Part shown: in pieces, positions 12,785-25,729 of the stretch
Layout of the letters: each line of letters begins with the position of its first letter
Numbering within the stretch: position 1 is the first letter of the stretch
Origin: Phoronis australis
Taxonomy: Eukaryota > Animalia > Phoronida
Length of the DNA stretch: 64,000 nucleotides
Assembly (NCBI GenBank): GCA_002633005.1
Contig: NMRA01000445.1
Location: forward strand, 126,471-190,470
Reading direction: 5' to 3'
Notes under the pieces: model-generated
What the model was told of the DNA's origin: nothing
Seen by the model: the letters and a program-made list of their open reading frames with translations, nothing else
The model's database searches: none
Made by a program: the position numbers and the translations under genes

Positions 12785-13759
12785 AGAGTACTCTGCTTTT
12801 ACCGTTTTTTACTTAAGGTCAACTGTTTTCAACGACGATTTTATGAATTGGTAATAAGTGTTTGTTTTGTTTGTTTAGTTTGATGTGCCCTCTTTGTTAC
12901 GTTTGGCCTTCTGGTATTATTTTTGTTAATGATTGAACACTGCTGTCGGGGCCGCCGAGTTCCCCTTCTAATTTGACTACATTCAGACTTCTCTTTTCTA
13001 AGTTTTCTGTCTTCTTTCTCTCATGCTCGGTCTTCGCCACATCTCTTGACTTGAGGTAAAAAACGAGTAAACTGGTCCCTCTTGAAAATGGCTGCCGGAA
13101 CCAGGTTTCCCTCGAGTAATGGCAATGTTCATTATTCAGTGAAAACTGGTTCCCAGTAGCAGTAGCCGTTTACTCAACTTTTACCCCTTGATTCAAGCAA
13201 GTAAAAACTCGAGATTTCAAGCTGGATATTATGTACAAGGATTATTTGACAGCACATTTTAATCCAGTCTATATGCATGATAGCTTTTTTCGATCTGTTT
13301 GAACATACCTCTGATATACACCATATAAAGACGGGAGCAGTGCGTATGGTACACCACTGTAGATGCACCAGAAGTCCAGCGAGGTTTGCTATCTTTCCAC
13401 TATGTGACCCGCCTGTCGATCACTGTTATTGGCTGATGCTTGACCTTGATCTGGGTCGATCATTGTCTGACCCCAATCGAATGTCAAGCAGCATGTAATG
13501 ATACATGTCATGCAGAGGTAGAATTGCGAACCTTGCCAGATTTATAGCACATCTATGTAAAGGTGTACACAGTACGACTTTCTTACATGGTGTCTACTAG
13601 AGGTATGTTCTATGAGATCGCAATAAGCTCCCATGCCTGTATGCTGGAGGAAAGTTCATGTTTTAAACAAACATGGTTTAATTATTTTCACACAATCATA
13701 GTTCTTAAGAAGCAGTGTCGCATTTTGTTTGCTCAAAAGGCTTTGTTCTGTTTTCAGCC

Positions 13760-16700
13760 ATGAGAGGGGTGTTGGTTGCCATAGTTTTGACCTTGGTCTG
13801 CGGGGTCAGTAGTGATGAGGATGAGGCAGCGCGCCTGTTGGCCAGTAAGAACATACTCAATCAGTATGTTGTGGAAGGCAAGGACTTGACTGTTCTCTAC
13901 AACATCTACAATGTGGGTTCCAGGTAAATCTTGCATCTACGGTAAACATCCTCCAATCTACGGTAAACATCCTTCAATCTATGGTAAACATCCTCCAGTC
14001 TACGGTAGACATCCTCCAATCTGGGACAGTTTCTAAAATTTGGGACGACGACATTCGAGCAGGAATTGAATTTCGTTTTATTGTGAGGATTAGGACGTGT
14101 GCAGTTTCGACGTTCATCATATTTCTCCCACGATGGCAACTTGTGAATGTGTCGAGCGGAAATGAAAACTTCCACTGAAATAGTGCAAAACTGGCAATGA
14201 CTCTTTCTTTCATAGTTTTTATTGCTGTCTTTACGTTACCATTTTTGTCATCCTAGATTCTGCCATAAAATCTGACCCAGCTGATATTTTTAAGCTTCAA
14301 GGAGGTGTATTTAGGTCAATGTTTATTGGAAGTGGAGGCTGTGTTCACATTGCAGTGTGTCTTGAATGCTGCTAGGGATGTTCCCATGCTTAAGGGCAAC
14401 CTGAGTCCAAACTTTTTCTTTTTCCACCACTTCTGCATAAAGTGAAAAAATTATACTCATTCCAGTATACTATCATATACGTTTTATCCATGGCTATTCA
14501 TGTATCATGGTCGTTAAAAAATGACTAGTCAATACCCTACTGGTTCAGCCTTACGTAACGCAAAATTTACTTGGTAGCTGGTTGTTTCAGCCCTGCCATC
14601 GATGTCAACTTAGTGGACAGCAGTTTCCCGACCACAGATTTTGAGGTTGTGCAAGGGTCGCTGAAGACCCACTGGGACCGCCTGTCTGCGGGGGGCAATG
14701 TTACCCACGCAGTCATTCTTCGCCCGCTCAAGTCTGGATACTTCAATTTTACGTCAGCCGATCTTATGTACAAGGCTACGGAGAACGCAGAGAAGCCCAA
14801 TGTAAGCAAATGTTTCCTATAAGATTTCAGTGTCGCTGTAACTCCATCGTTCTAATGAATATGTTAATAGCTGCTTTTGCCAACATTAAGGGTTAACGTT
14901 CTGTTAGTGGCTGTGTTTGAGTTCAGTCTGCAGTGTGCAGTGGTGGATTTAAAGGTGCCTAAGGGGGCCATGGCTCCCCCTCAACTTCTTCCGGTTTCCA
15001 TTTGGCAGTTTGGGGATGCGAAAGTCTGACTAGCAAAATCCTGGCTACTACACTGCCCCGCCCCCCCCCNGTTCAGGTTACCTCAGTGTGCATCTGCATT
15101 TGTTATTCTGGCATTTACGATTGTGTCAGAAAGAACTTCAGACCAGTGTTAAAAGTTAGGGAAAAGGGAAAAGACGGAATGTCTTGTATTAAAATGCATG
15201 TACGATAATTCTCCGCTTATTTTGCACAGAAATAATTCCCAAAATTGCCATATTCCAGTGTTTCATCAAAGTCTCGTTATCTCACTGCAGATAATCGACA
15301 CTGTACCACGTTTTGACATCTACATGGTTCAAACTATGCTAGTAACGGGCTGAAATGTTCTTAACCTTTATGTTTCTGAATGAATTTTGACAAAATATAA
15401 TTTCACACATCGCCATATCGTGTGCTAAATAGGTGAAAACTTACCATCACACTAATAACTAACTGATTAGAAAATTAATGAAGTTTCACTTTTTAAACGT
15501 TGATTTTTTGTTATTTTAAAAATGAGATGAGATCACCAAATCAAAAGAAACTCACTCATTTGTCGCAGTGAACAAGGCTAGAAATCAGCAATCTGATATT
15601 ATGTTATTGAACATATAGGAAAGGATTACATAGTTGTGGCTCTTGTCACTTGCAGTGACAGTATTGAGCCCTTTAAAAACAGTATCCAGTGTGTGTTAAT
15701 GAACAGACATTTAAACACCAATATTAATACGCAATTCTTGTTGTATATTTGCAGCATGGTTATACAAGTGCACCTGGAGAGGGCGCTATAGTCAGCCTAA
15801 AGGATTTTGAAAGAACGTTCTCTCCACATGTGGTAGGTTAAAGGGACAAAATTGGTTTTAGGGCCAAAAAAAATATTTTGTTGGATAACATAGACTTCTT
15901 GAAGTTATTATCATCGACCAAATCTAATTAACAACAAAATCTGTTGTTATTTTGTTATAAATCACCAATTCCTAACGTTGGCTTCCAGTCATTCGGTAGA
16001 GGCAAGTTACCTCCGAGTTAAACATTTACTCAAGCTACTCGCCACACTGGCCTTCAACTGTGCTTGCACAGCATCGGATTTTGACTGCCGAGGTAATGGG
16101 TTCGATTCTGGCTTGGGGCTGATCTTAAATTCTCAACATTGTCACTTTAGCAGTAGTAAGCTGACTAACAATTTATCTATTCCAGTATTCCATTATAGGA
16201 ATCTATCATCATTGGTTAGTTTGAATAATGCCAACTCTCTGGACATTCAGAAACAAATTAAAGTTAAAGTTTATTTCAAGACGATTAGATTCGATTTATT
16301 TCAAAACACCAGCATCGTTTTTATCATCAATATTGGAACAGTGTTAACATGCCCCTTGATCAAAATGACATGTATGGTGGTAGGGCATCTTCCAAACTTT
16401 CTTATGATCTCCCCTGTAATCTCCCACCAACCCCGCCTTCTTCCTGCTGTTGGAAGTAGACCCTCCAATGCCAAATCAAGGTTCTATTGGTCTGTGACGA
16501 TCACACGACTGTCGAAAATTTCAACATTTTGAACGACTAGTGCTAAGTGTAGGAGCGTCCGATAGGATGCTTTTGCCAACACTTATTGTAAGGAGCTGGC
16601 CCGCTTGCCGATTTGGATATCCCATTTCCTGTCTCGCAAAATTCACCCAAAAACACTGCAACTACAAAGATCTCGGACTATTATCGATCGGATTATAACA

Positions 16701-16935
16701 AAATGTGTATTTGCAACCCTTCTTATGCCATATTCCAAATGTTGTGAATAAGGCTTGCCCCTGCAACGACCTAGATAATTTTTTCCTTTCCTCTGTCGTA
16801 TCTAATCAACTTTCACTTCCTTTTCAGGTCGACTGGGGTGTATTCTTACTCATGACTCTGCCTTCCCTGGGACTCCCTCTGTTGTTGTGGTATGGAAGCA
16901 TGTCCAAGTATACAGCCAAGGCCAAGAAAAGCTAG
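13760..16935 (+). CDS. SSR2: Translocon-associated protein subunit beta (signal sequence receptor beta), 186 aa
   Basis: Exons 13760-13923, 14591-14801, 15755-15832 and 16828-16935 total 561 nt in frame with GT-AG introns. Hallmark TRAP-beta motifs: [73 protein letters not shown]-terminal KAKKS. Confidence 0.96.
13936..14021. repeat. 21-bp minisatellite, ~4 copies, just inside SSR2 intron
   Basis: Unit ATCTACGGTAAACATCCTCCA repeated with minor variants. Confidence 0.85.
16041..16150 (+). mobile_element. Possible degenerate tRNA-derived SINE head in SSR2 intron
   Basis: B-box GGTTCGATTC at 16099-16108, preceded ~50 bp by an A-box-like TGGCC. No intact cloverleaf. Confidence 0.3.
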
Positions 16936-18108
16936 AACCACCCGACGTAGTATTTAGTTGAAATTCCAATGTTTTCTAATAAGCTGTATTTGTCCACGTT
17001 ACCTGTACATGTCATGTTCTCGGGGCATTTTTACAATATAAATGTACGGAAACATTTGTATTTTTAATGCAAAATTTATTTTGTTTTGTTTTGTTTTCTT
17101 ACACATCCTATATATAATGTTAACAGTCTGAATCAATTTAAAGTGGCTGTAAACTCACCTTGCTTTACGAAAACCAGTTTTTATATGGGAGGCTAATTAA
17201 TTCATTAATAATAATAATAAATTCATCATAATAATTAAATCAACAGACCAAGTCTTAACAGAGATCCTGGACTTGATCTCCCTGCAGTGTACTCAGCCCT
17301 TCTGCAGGATTCCAATCGACATTAAGGAATCCTCCATGTTTGTTTTTATTATTTATTTCACAATGAAAGAGGGCGCACCTGGTGGTGAACCAAGTCGTGA
17401 AATATAGACAAAACAGCTGTACACCGACAACCTCAAGGTACAGCTTATTGGCTCCAAAAGGATATTTATTTAATATCATTTAAGTGGAACCCAGAAATAT
17501 ACATAGTCTCAATTTTTATTATTAATAAAGACTTGCCATAACAAAATTGGTCTCAAATTGTCTTCATTAAAAAGGTGTGATGTCTGGGCATTGAAAGAAC
17601 CCTGTTCATTATTGCTCACCAAGAGGCGCTACGAGTTGACTTGTCACAAAGTGTTATTTTCTTTGCCACGCATGGTCTTGGGGAATAACGAATCATCAGT
17701 TCCTTCCAAGATCAAAAATCACTTTTCATTTGAGTATGGAATGGGTCGAGACCAATTTTAAAGCGGTATTAGTGGTCAAAATTTTGTTTCTTCTACAAAA
17801 CAAAGGTATATTGCTACTTTAATTCAGCGTTCCTAATTTTACGCAATATTTTTTGTACAGTTTATCGATTTCTTCTGACAATACATTCTACTTTGTTTTG
17901 AAAGTTAGAGATATTATAGTTTGACCTGCATTACTAGACAATATCATTATCCCTCACGATGGTTAAGTCTGTTAGCAGAAAATGACTGGTAACAACTATT
18001 ACTAGGTGAAAATTCCTAATAACTTGGTAGCTTTCCAATTAATCCCCCTTAAGTCTGGGTTGACCTGAGGAAATACCAGTCTGATGATGAATTTGGCCTC
18101 TGCCTAGC

Positions 18109-18161
18109 CAACGTTGTGATGGAGTGTTACCCATGGTAGACGTTAGCTCTTGTTCTCCACG
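18109..18161. repeat. Perfect 53-bp inverted copy of Lines coding sequence 19116-19168
   Basis: CAACGTTGTGATGGAGTGTTACCCATGGTAGACGTTAGCTCTTGTTCTCCACG is the exact reverse complement of 19116-19168. Confidence 0.95.
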
Positions 18162-18484
18162 ATGCAGAATTCCACGTCATTTTGTCTGGATACTTTTGGT
18201 GTGTTGTGTAAAAAGCGCTGAATGTGGTAATATGTTTTAGTGTAAAATGTATGACAGAAGTTGTGGGAATACAGTAATTGATACTATTTTTTTATTGCAG
18301 TCTTACAAACATGATCTTCAAAGAGAAAAATACATTCGGTGAAACTGAACAGTTAAATGCGCGCGCATGTTTAACCTGCGACTTGCATCTTAGTTTTGCC
18401 AATTTGAAATTACAGCCATTTGAACAAATAAGTGTGAAGTGTCTCAAAAGATAGCTTGTCTAAAGAACACCACGGTTAATTTTG

Positions 18485-21400
18485 TTACTCATCATAATGC
18501 TCTTCACATGTTTCCAACAAGGAAATCAGTGGGATCACATTGAAGGGACTCAAGTTATTTGCACTAACTTTCTCAAGAGATATTCTAATTCTTATAAACA
18601 CCGCCATTGTCTTATCCAACAAGCTGTCTTCGGCAGTCTCCGTATCACACTCAATACCCTGCATCTCGCAACACTTATCCAAGGGATCCTCATAAACATT
18701 GTCGTTCCAATGTGCCGTGCGAAGATCTGCAAGTTGACTAGCACTATTATTAATGCTCAATTCTGAAGAAAGTTCCACTCCATTCGCTGCATTAGTACTC
18801 GACTTCATATCTAAATCAGCGCATTCCTTTGGTTCTGATTTTGTGTCGAGGCCAGACCCTGTTGCATGTGGCGAAGTCTGAAGCTCACATTTTGTGCAAG
18901 AAGGTTCAGCTAAATTTGACAATATTACAAAGTCACCTTTTGCACCATGCTTAGGATTACTAGTTTTATCTATGTGCGTTTCCATGACAACAGGAGAGTC
19001 ACTAGAATGTAATGGGCCGTTCTTACTGAGAGGATTTGTAGAATGATTTTGTTCGTGAGAGCAGACGTCAGAATCCTCACTATCGCTGTAGCTGACCAGA
19101 CACGTACTGGAGTTCCGTGGAGAACAAGAGCTAACGTCTACCATGGGTAACACTCCATCACAACGTTGCACATTCTTTGATCCAGAAAAGCACAAAGTTT
19201 CATTGTCAGACGCTGAAGTGTCACTTATGTCACTGATTTTCGTCTCGCTGACAGAATTTAATGACTCGCAAAAGTAGTCCCAGTCTTGATTTACGAAGTG
19301 GAGATATTTTGTAAAATAAACCAGGAAACATGTTTCAGGAGACAGTATGAAGTCAAGTAGAACATTGTTGTCAAAACAAACAATTCTCAAAAGACCTTGG
19401 AAACAGTGATGGGCATTTCTGAAGTCTGCATTTGACTTCTTGGAGGACATCCTGAAACAATAACATAGAATGTATCCATATGGTAGTGTGATAGAAACAA
19501 AAGAAACCACACTCACACTCTCTAGTAGTTCAGTCAACGAACTTAGAACACTCATATTTTCTGTAATGAAAGACGTGTGATCAGAAGCAGAGATGAAGTG
19601 GCTAACCCAGTGATACCACAGGGTGCACTGTGTTAGGCCCCCAAAATGGGACCTCCCACATTCCCCTTTTTTAGATGTAAAAGACAACTCATCACCATTG
19701 AGATCTTCAGTACGATGAAAATTGCGATGACTAATTGTTCTAGACACTCTGAGCATGAATTGCGCTGTCGTTATGACAGGGAATTCTGGGTCATTTTATC
19801 AGTTACTTTTGTCATGTCATGAGTCTTGTGTGACGAGTTGAAGCTATCGGCTCATAAAGCCAAGTGCTTTTTGCATGCGGTTCTACTCACTGTGTCAGTG
19901 ATATTCTGAGGCTTAAAGTCTTCAAAATAACACCAGACTTAAATGCAAGACAGAAACCACTCGTTCAGAAATGTGTGGTTTGTGTCTGAACGTATTCATA
20001 CCTTACACAGATTTTACCAATACTTTTGATGGCCGAAGCTAGCATCATTAAAAATTTCTTGAGTTTGCAACTTAGCATGGAGTTGTCTATAAAGGGCAGA
20101 AAGATTTTTTCATGCCCTTAGACAGTTCGAATTTTAATAACAGCAACACTAACATAAGAAACAAAAGTCTTTACATATTACACTGAGTGCAAGGTAAAAT
20201 ACCCTCACCTTCGTGTGAGTTAAACATAAGACAGGCTACAAGACTATTTCGATGTTACAAATTATCTGATAAAGAAGCAGTTACCTTTTAGTAACTATTA
20301 GCAAACACAGTAAAGCTTCAATCAAGAGATCATCCTGGTCTTCAAATAAAGCTATTGGCCAATCAGATGCAGGCATGTTGGCATAGCGAAGTGTTAAGTC
20401 CATACTTGCTTGAAGACTTTCAAAGGCTTTGGACAAATCTAAAAAAATGAAAATTATTCGCTAAAGCAAAAGCAACAAAACGACTGTGAAGATTTAAATA
20501 AAACACCCAATGAATTTGTGCGGTACCATGTGTTATTCAAATCTAATTCTTTTTATAAGGGCAATTCGAAAACATTTTGACTCACAGTCCAAGACAAATC
20601 TGTATTACTACAATCATCAGTAGAAGTCACAACATTATTGTAATCCACTCTTCAACTGCTTTTCTGGAATCTTAAATAATTTTGTAAAACCGTAGTTCTT
20701 TGCTTATTTTATTTTATCCCATTAGATTGGTTTGCACTGAATGGATGTCAATATTAGTGTAAAGCTGATTATTTGAAACAAGGAAATAAGCCTTTCAAAA
20801 CTGAAGATAATGTTGTTTTTGTGCGAAATAACTGAAGAATTTCACAACATTAAACAGTCTGTGGTGAAGCTGGTGACCTAAGGTTTACCTTTTATACAGT
20901 TCACACCGGTACTGTTTTCATTTCCCATGGGTTTGAAACACAAAATGTGGAATTATCTCTAATTTTTAATTTATTCCCACGAATTTCCATGGATGTTTTT
21001 TTCTTATCTTCCATCTTTGTCACTTTCCAAGTTTTTCCAAGACCTACATGTGTGGGAACTACATTTGATCAGGCATGCATGATGTGACATGGCTGTGCAT
21101 GTGGCCTTTGACAGATGTTTCAACTCAATACTGTAAGAATAATTGCCAAAATTGAATATTTTTTTCACTTTGTCCTTTAACATTGCTATGAAAGCTCATA
21201 AATACTCAAGGCCTTTTCTGATGCCAAGCTGTGGAATAAAGCTTAAAAACTAGAGAAGCTGCCGCAACCCATCTCTTACGAAAAAAATCGAGAACATAAA
21301 ATTTCACCTATCTGCCATAGTGCGTGTCTTAAATTTGAGAGTTTACCGCAATACAGAGCCCCAACTGTACCTTCAGCATCATCAGAACTCTGACTGCACA

Positions 21401-24400
21401 GGACGGCCACACTGCGCAGTATCAATATCACAGTTTTCTTCAACATAGTTCTATCACCAGCTAGCTCCTCTCTTCCCATTTCCTCACACGACAACACCTT
21501 TGTCCCACCAAAACCCACGAACCCTACACGTATAGGCACATGGTACATCAAGCCATTTACCACCATCGTTTGAATGACGCTCCTAGCAACAAACACTTGA
21601 TATTCTTGGCCCTTCTTTCCAGTGGTGATGATATTCCTAAACCCAATTGCTTTGTTCAGAACCGACATACCGTGTCTCCAAATAATCGGATCCGACGTGC
21701 TCCTAAATTTATCAAAGATAGCATCAAAATGTGTGATAACTGATAACAACTCCTTCCAATTGGTTCCTGTAATACTTCCGTTAGATCGTTGGTCCGCAAC
21801 CATCTGCAGCATTGTAGCCCACAACCTGTATTGGGACAGCAGAGGGTCTGAAGACTCTCCATTGCTGGTGCGAGTGTTCAACCAGTTCCATAACCTGCCG
21901 ACTTTTTCCACCATAACACCAGCAGCCGNAAGCCATTTACCACCATCGTTTGAATGACGCTCCTAGCAACAAACACTTGATATTCTTGGCCCATCTTTCC
22001 AGTGGTGATGATATTCCTAAACCCAATTGCTTTGCTCAGAACCGACATACCGTGTCTCCAAATAATCGGATCCGACGTGCACCTAAATTTATCAAAGATA
22101 GCATCAAAATGTGTGATAACTGATAACAACTCCTTCCAATTGGTTCCTGTAATACTTCCGTTAGATCGTTGGTCCGCAACAATCTGCAGCATTGTAGCCC
22201 ACAACCTGTATTGGGACAGCAGAGGGTCTGAAGACTCTCCATTGCTGGTGCGAGTGTTCAACCAGTTCCATAACCTGCCGACTTTTTCCACCATAACACC
22301 AGCAGCCGACCGGTATGCACCAGATTCAGGGCCAGAGCTTGGCAGTTGGCTTCGACAAAACTGCAGAAAGTCTGCACAAATGTCTAGTGTGTTAGACAGG
22401 TGTCTGTCGGAAGACCTCTCTGTTAAATCAGAGAGGAATAAGTCCAAAAAGGCAGACGGTCTGCTCTGAAATGGCAAAACAGTATAGGATTATGGAAAAG
22501 TCTAGAAATGCCTTTTTCCAAAAAGTGTTAAAGCAGACATCTTTGTCAATAATAAATATTCAAAATGGAGCAGTAGCTTCTCACTGCCGTGAAGAAATGT
22601 ATATTTAGTTACTCAATATCTAGCAGAATTTATGCAGTCCATAACCTATGGACTTTCATCAATGGCAAGAGCATGGAGTGAAATACGGGAACCCAATTCT
22701 ACCAGTCTCTGAGTTTAGTGATTAAGCTTTCCAAATAATGAAGTAAAATTTCATTACGCAAGTTTTTCGTATCATCATAGTATTTTGTAAAAATCGACAA
22801 AAACAAAATTCCATCCAGTACTCGTCTCATACTTTGTTTGATTAAAGAGTGTCTGCCATATACCAAAAGTTAAATGTGTTGTGTATTGAACAAAACTGAC
22901 ATTTTGAATAAGTGAGATAAGTTCACTCCCCTGAAATAGATATTATAGTGAAGTCTGACTCTACACATAAGTGCCTTTGCAATCTCAACTGACAGTTGAT
23001 TAAATGCTGTCTCAGTTTTAATGCATTTTCAATTCCCTTTTAGTGCCAATTACAAACTTGGTTTTCACATACATAGCACAGGGAGCTACATAGTTTAACT
23101 AAAAGACAGACAATGTATATTGAAGTCTGTTAAGTCTTAAGTTCCCACTTCCCACTATTGCCAAATAAAGACTTTGCCAACAAATTACGAGTGCATTGCA
23201 GTTGAGAAATAATTCATACTGGGATGTTCCACAGATAAGATCACCCGTAAAATGCCCACGGGCATTTATTTGGAAATCCATGTCGAATTATTTGGTGTTA
23301 CACTTTCTGGTGTCACGTGTCCAAATAGTGTGGTGTTTACTCAGAAAATTTCATCTTAAAGTCCACTCAGCGTCAACTTTTTGTCACAAATTCAGTTTTG
23401 TGTAGCATTTACCTCTTGTAAAAATGAATGAGGTGTTGGCAAACTATGCATTTATTAACATCAAATTAAAAAAAGTTTTACGTAAAATGTACCAAAGTCG
23501 GCAAAATTATGACTTCTTTAAAAGCCCCCCGCCCAAGCATTTGGTGTTACTACAATGGCTGAATATTTTCATTTTCCAAATACATGTCCATGGGCTTATC
23601 TAAGGAAAATCCCGGTAGAAATTATGTTATTAATTAGCAGTTACATGTATGTTGTGCATACATCATCTTTGTTCGAGCGAGACTTAATTATTTTTCACAT
23701 ATGGTTGTGTGGGGCACAAGACCAAATTTCTGACTGTTAAAAGTTTTAAACCACTTTTCATAAAACAGACCCCAGTCACCTGACAAAAGTCTTTCAGCAT
23801 CAACATAATGCACCTTGAAGCTGAATATGATACAAACATGTCACTGTGGTCCAACAGATGGAGCTGAAACAGAGGAGAGTCCAGGCTTAAATGGGTTTTG
23901 ATTGACAGGTTTCCACAGGAATGACACACATCCGGCATATGGTGACAACACTGTTAAAAAAAAAACATTTTGATCGCCATTTGACAAGAAGTTCAAATAT
24001 TGCTGTTAGCATTCTTGAACAAGAAGTGATGGCCAATTTAATAGAGACCATGATTTTTTGTTTTAAAAAGCAGAAAAACTATGTTTTAGTTAGCGTGAAA
24101 TTTTGTTTTTTACTGTTTCTAAAATAAGAAATATTATGTTTCATTATTTCAAAGCGATAAACAATTTAAAAATACTCTGAGAATTACCTTACTTTTTCTG
24201 CTGAACTATGTTGCATCCCTGTTTTTACCAATAACTTAATTTCTGCAAGACAAGTTTGTTTCTCAAAACAGGAAAAAGAAAATATTAATTACTTTCAGAA
24301 ACAACAAACAGTCATTTGAACACGACTACTGCAACACAATCATTCAACATTGTGTGGCCAGAATCAAGGAATTTGAAATAAAAATATTAGGAATTATTAC

Positions 24401-25729
24401 CAAAATTCAGTATTTACTACTGAAAAATAAATTACATCTGAAACCTCAAATTCCGTGAACGAAGTCAGATTTCATGAATTCCAGCCATTTTCCATTAACC
24501 ATGAAAAACCAGGATCGTAAGTTGAATGTGAATTGGCATTCTTAGACAAGGCTTCGTAACATTGACACAGTGAAATTCATTTTTCCATCCAAAAAGTGGT
24601 TAATACCTGCAGCACCATCTAGTATGCACTGAGGAAGACACCAGGAAGGACAGACATTGAAAATTTCTACAGTTACATACCACTTTTTGGACGGAAAATG
24701 AATTTCTCCTTGTCAAATGTTATTCACTATCCTAATGAAACTGAAGAAAAAAAGCCTTCATGATATCACTTAATCCTAAATGTTTTAACAGCAACCCAAC
24801 GTCCAAAGCCTTAACCCACCTTCCAACACAAAAAACGTTCAATTTAGGCCACTTCATTACCATTATGAAATAAAAGAAATCAAAGAAATCAGATCCGATT
24901 CCAGGTCTTCAAAAAAACTGGCAGTTCATCGTTTTCTTGAGCTCATGCTCTCCAAGGTCACTTGCCAATGAGTCATTTTATGCACCAAGCAGTACTCTCA
25001 AGGAGAAACAAAATAGTTTTTTGCAGCCCAGAAAACACTTCTCTAGAAGTAAAGACCCCATTCAGGTCATAGCAATAAGAGCTCGAAGTCAAAAAACTGC
25101 ATTCTTTAACCAGATGAGAGTTTTACAGCAGTAGCGTGCAGAGATTTGGTAATGAATGAACCCTAGTGCTAAGAAAGTACAAACAGATGAAACATAAAAT
25201 AGAATTTTTTTCTAATTAACTACAAATCTGTCACAATTTCAAGAAGTTTATTCATAGTGATTGGATGACCCCCTCGATGTGGATTCCCAGGGCCTGTGCC
25301 CTGTTGCCCCCCCTCCCTCCCCCTTCCGCACACTACCGTAAAAAAGACTTTTTGTTTCCCCCGCGATGGTGCACAGGTCTAGCAGGCAACTCAAGGCTTA
25401 CTACGCCCTCTAGCAAAATAACTTACAATACTCTCTTGTAATGTTGTGTTCTGATGCAGCAAGGTGGCCACATGATTCCACTGTTGTTGACAGCACACAG
25501 CCTTTTGTTCATAGAAACACGAGAACACATTCAACTTCAGGAGCAGCAGTTCTGTTGATGTTGGCTGAAACTTCGAAATCTGACAAGCCTCAGAGGCGTG
25601 GCTTCCTGAGCTCTCACCATCCGGGGATCTCAGATGGGTAACCATGGCAACAAAGTCTTCAGTTGAAATTGATATCAATTTTCCGGACATCAGCTCACGT
25701 GACGCTGTTTTCAATTTTTCCCACTCCAT
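18485..25729 (-). CDS. LINS1: Protein Lines homologue (Lines_N and Lines_C domains), ~740 aa
   Basis: Exons on the minus strand: 25729-25427, 23863 (or 23950)-23780, 22465-21371 (minus the 380-bp duplicated segment), 20438-20285, 19451-18485; phases are consistent. Lines motifs: GFVGFGG, WPIALFEDQDDLLIEALLCLL, FDNNVLLDFILSPETCFLVYFTKYL, C-terminal MAVFIRIRISLEKVSANNLSPFNVIPLISLLE. Confidence 0.92.
21550..22308. other. 379-bp direct duplication across a single N inside a Lines exon (likely unmerged haplotypes / assembly overlap)
   Basis: 21550-21928 and 21930-22308 are identical except for 4 substitutions. The junction is exactly the N at 21929, and the 380-nt offset would frameshift the exon. 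Confidence 0.85.
24538..24737. mobile_element. Fold-back / MITE-like inverted repeat in Lines intron
   Basis: GAAATTCATTTTTCCATCCAAAAAGTGGT (~24572-24600) pairs with ACCACTTTTTGGACGGAAAATGAATTTC (~24679-24707), and imperfect pairing extends outward. Confidence 0.6.

Noticed and set aside
15978-16532. 184-aa ORF in SSR2 intron
   Set aside because: Non-ATG start, no motifs, overlaps SINE-like sequence; the SSR2 model is complete without it.
18082-18221. C/D box snoRNA (ATGATGA ... CTGA) around the 53-bp insert
   Set aside because: No convincing terminal stem, no recognised rRNA guide, and it is not in an intron of a plus-strand gene.
19452-19756. N-terminal ~100 aa of the 423-aa ORF
   Set aside because: It lies upstream of the acceptor at 19452-19453 and is intronic in the Lines model.
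21550-22308. Real exon duplication or Lines pseudogenisation
   Set aside because: The junction coincides with an N and the rest of the gene is intact, so an assembly overlap of haplotypes is much more likely.
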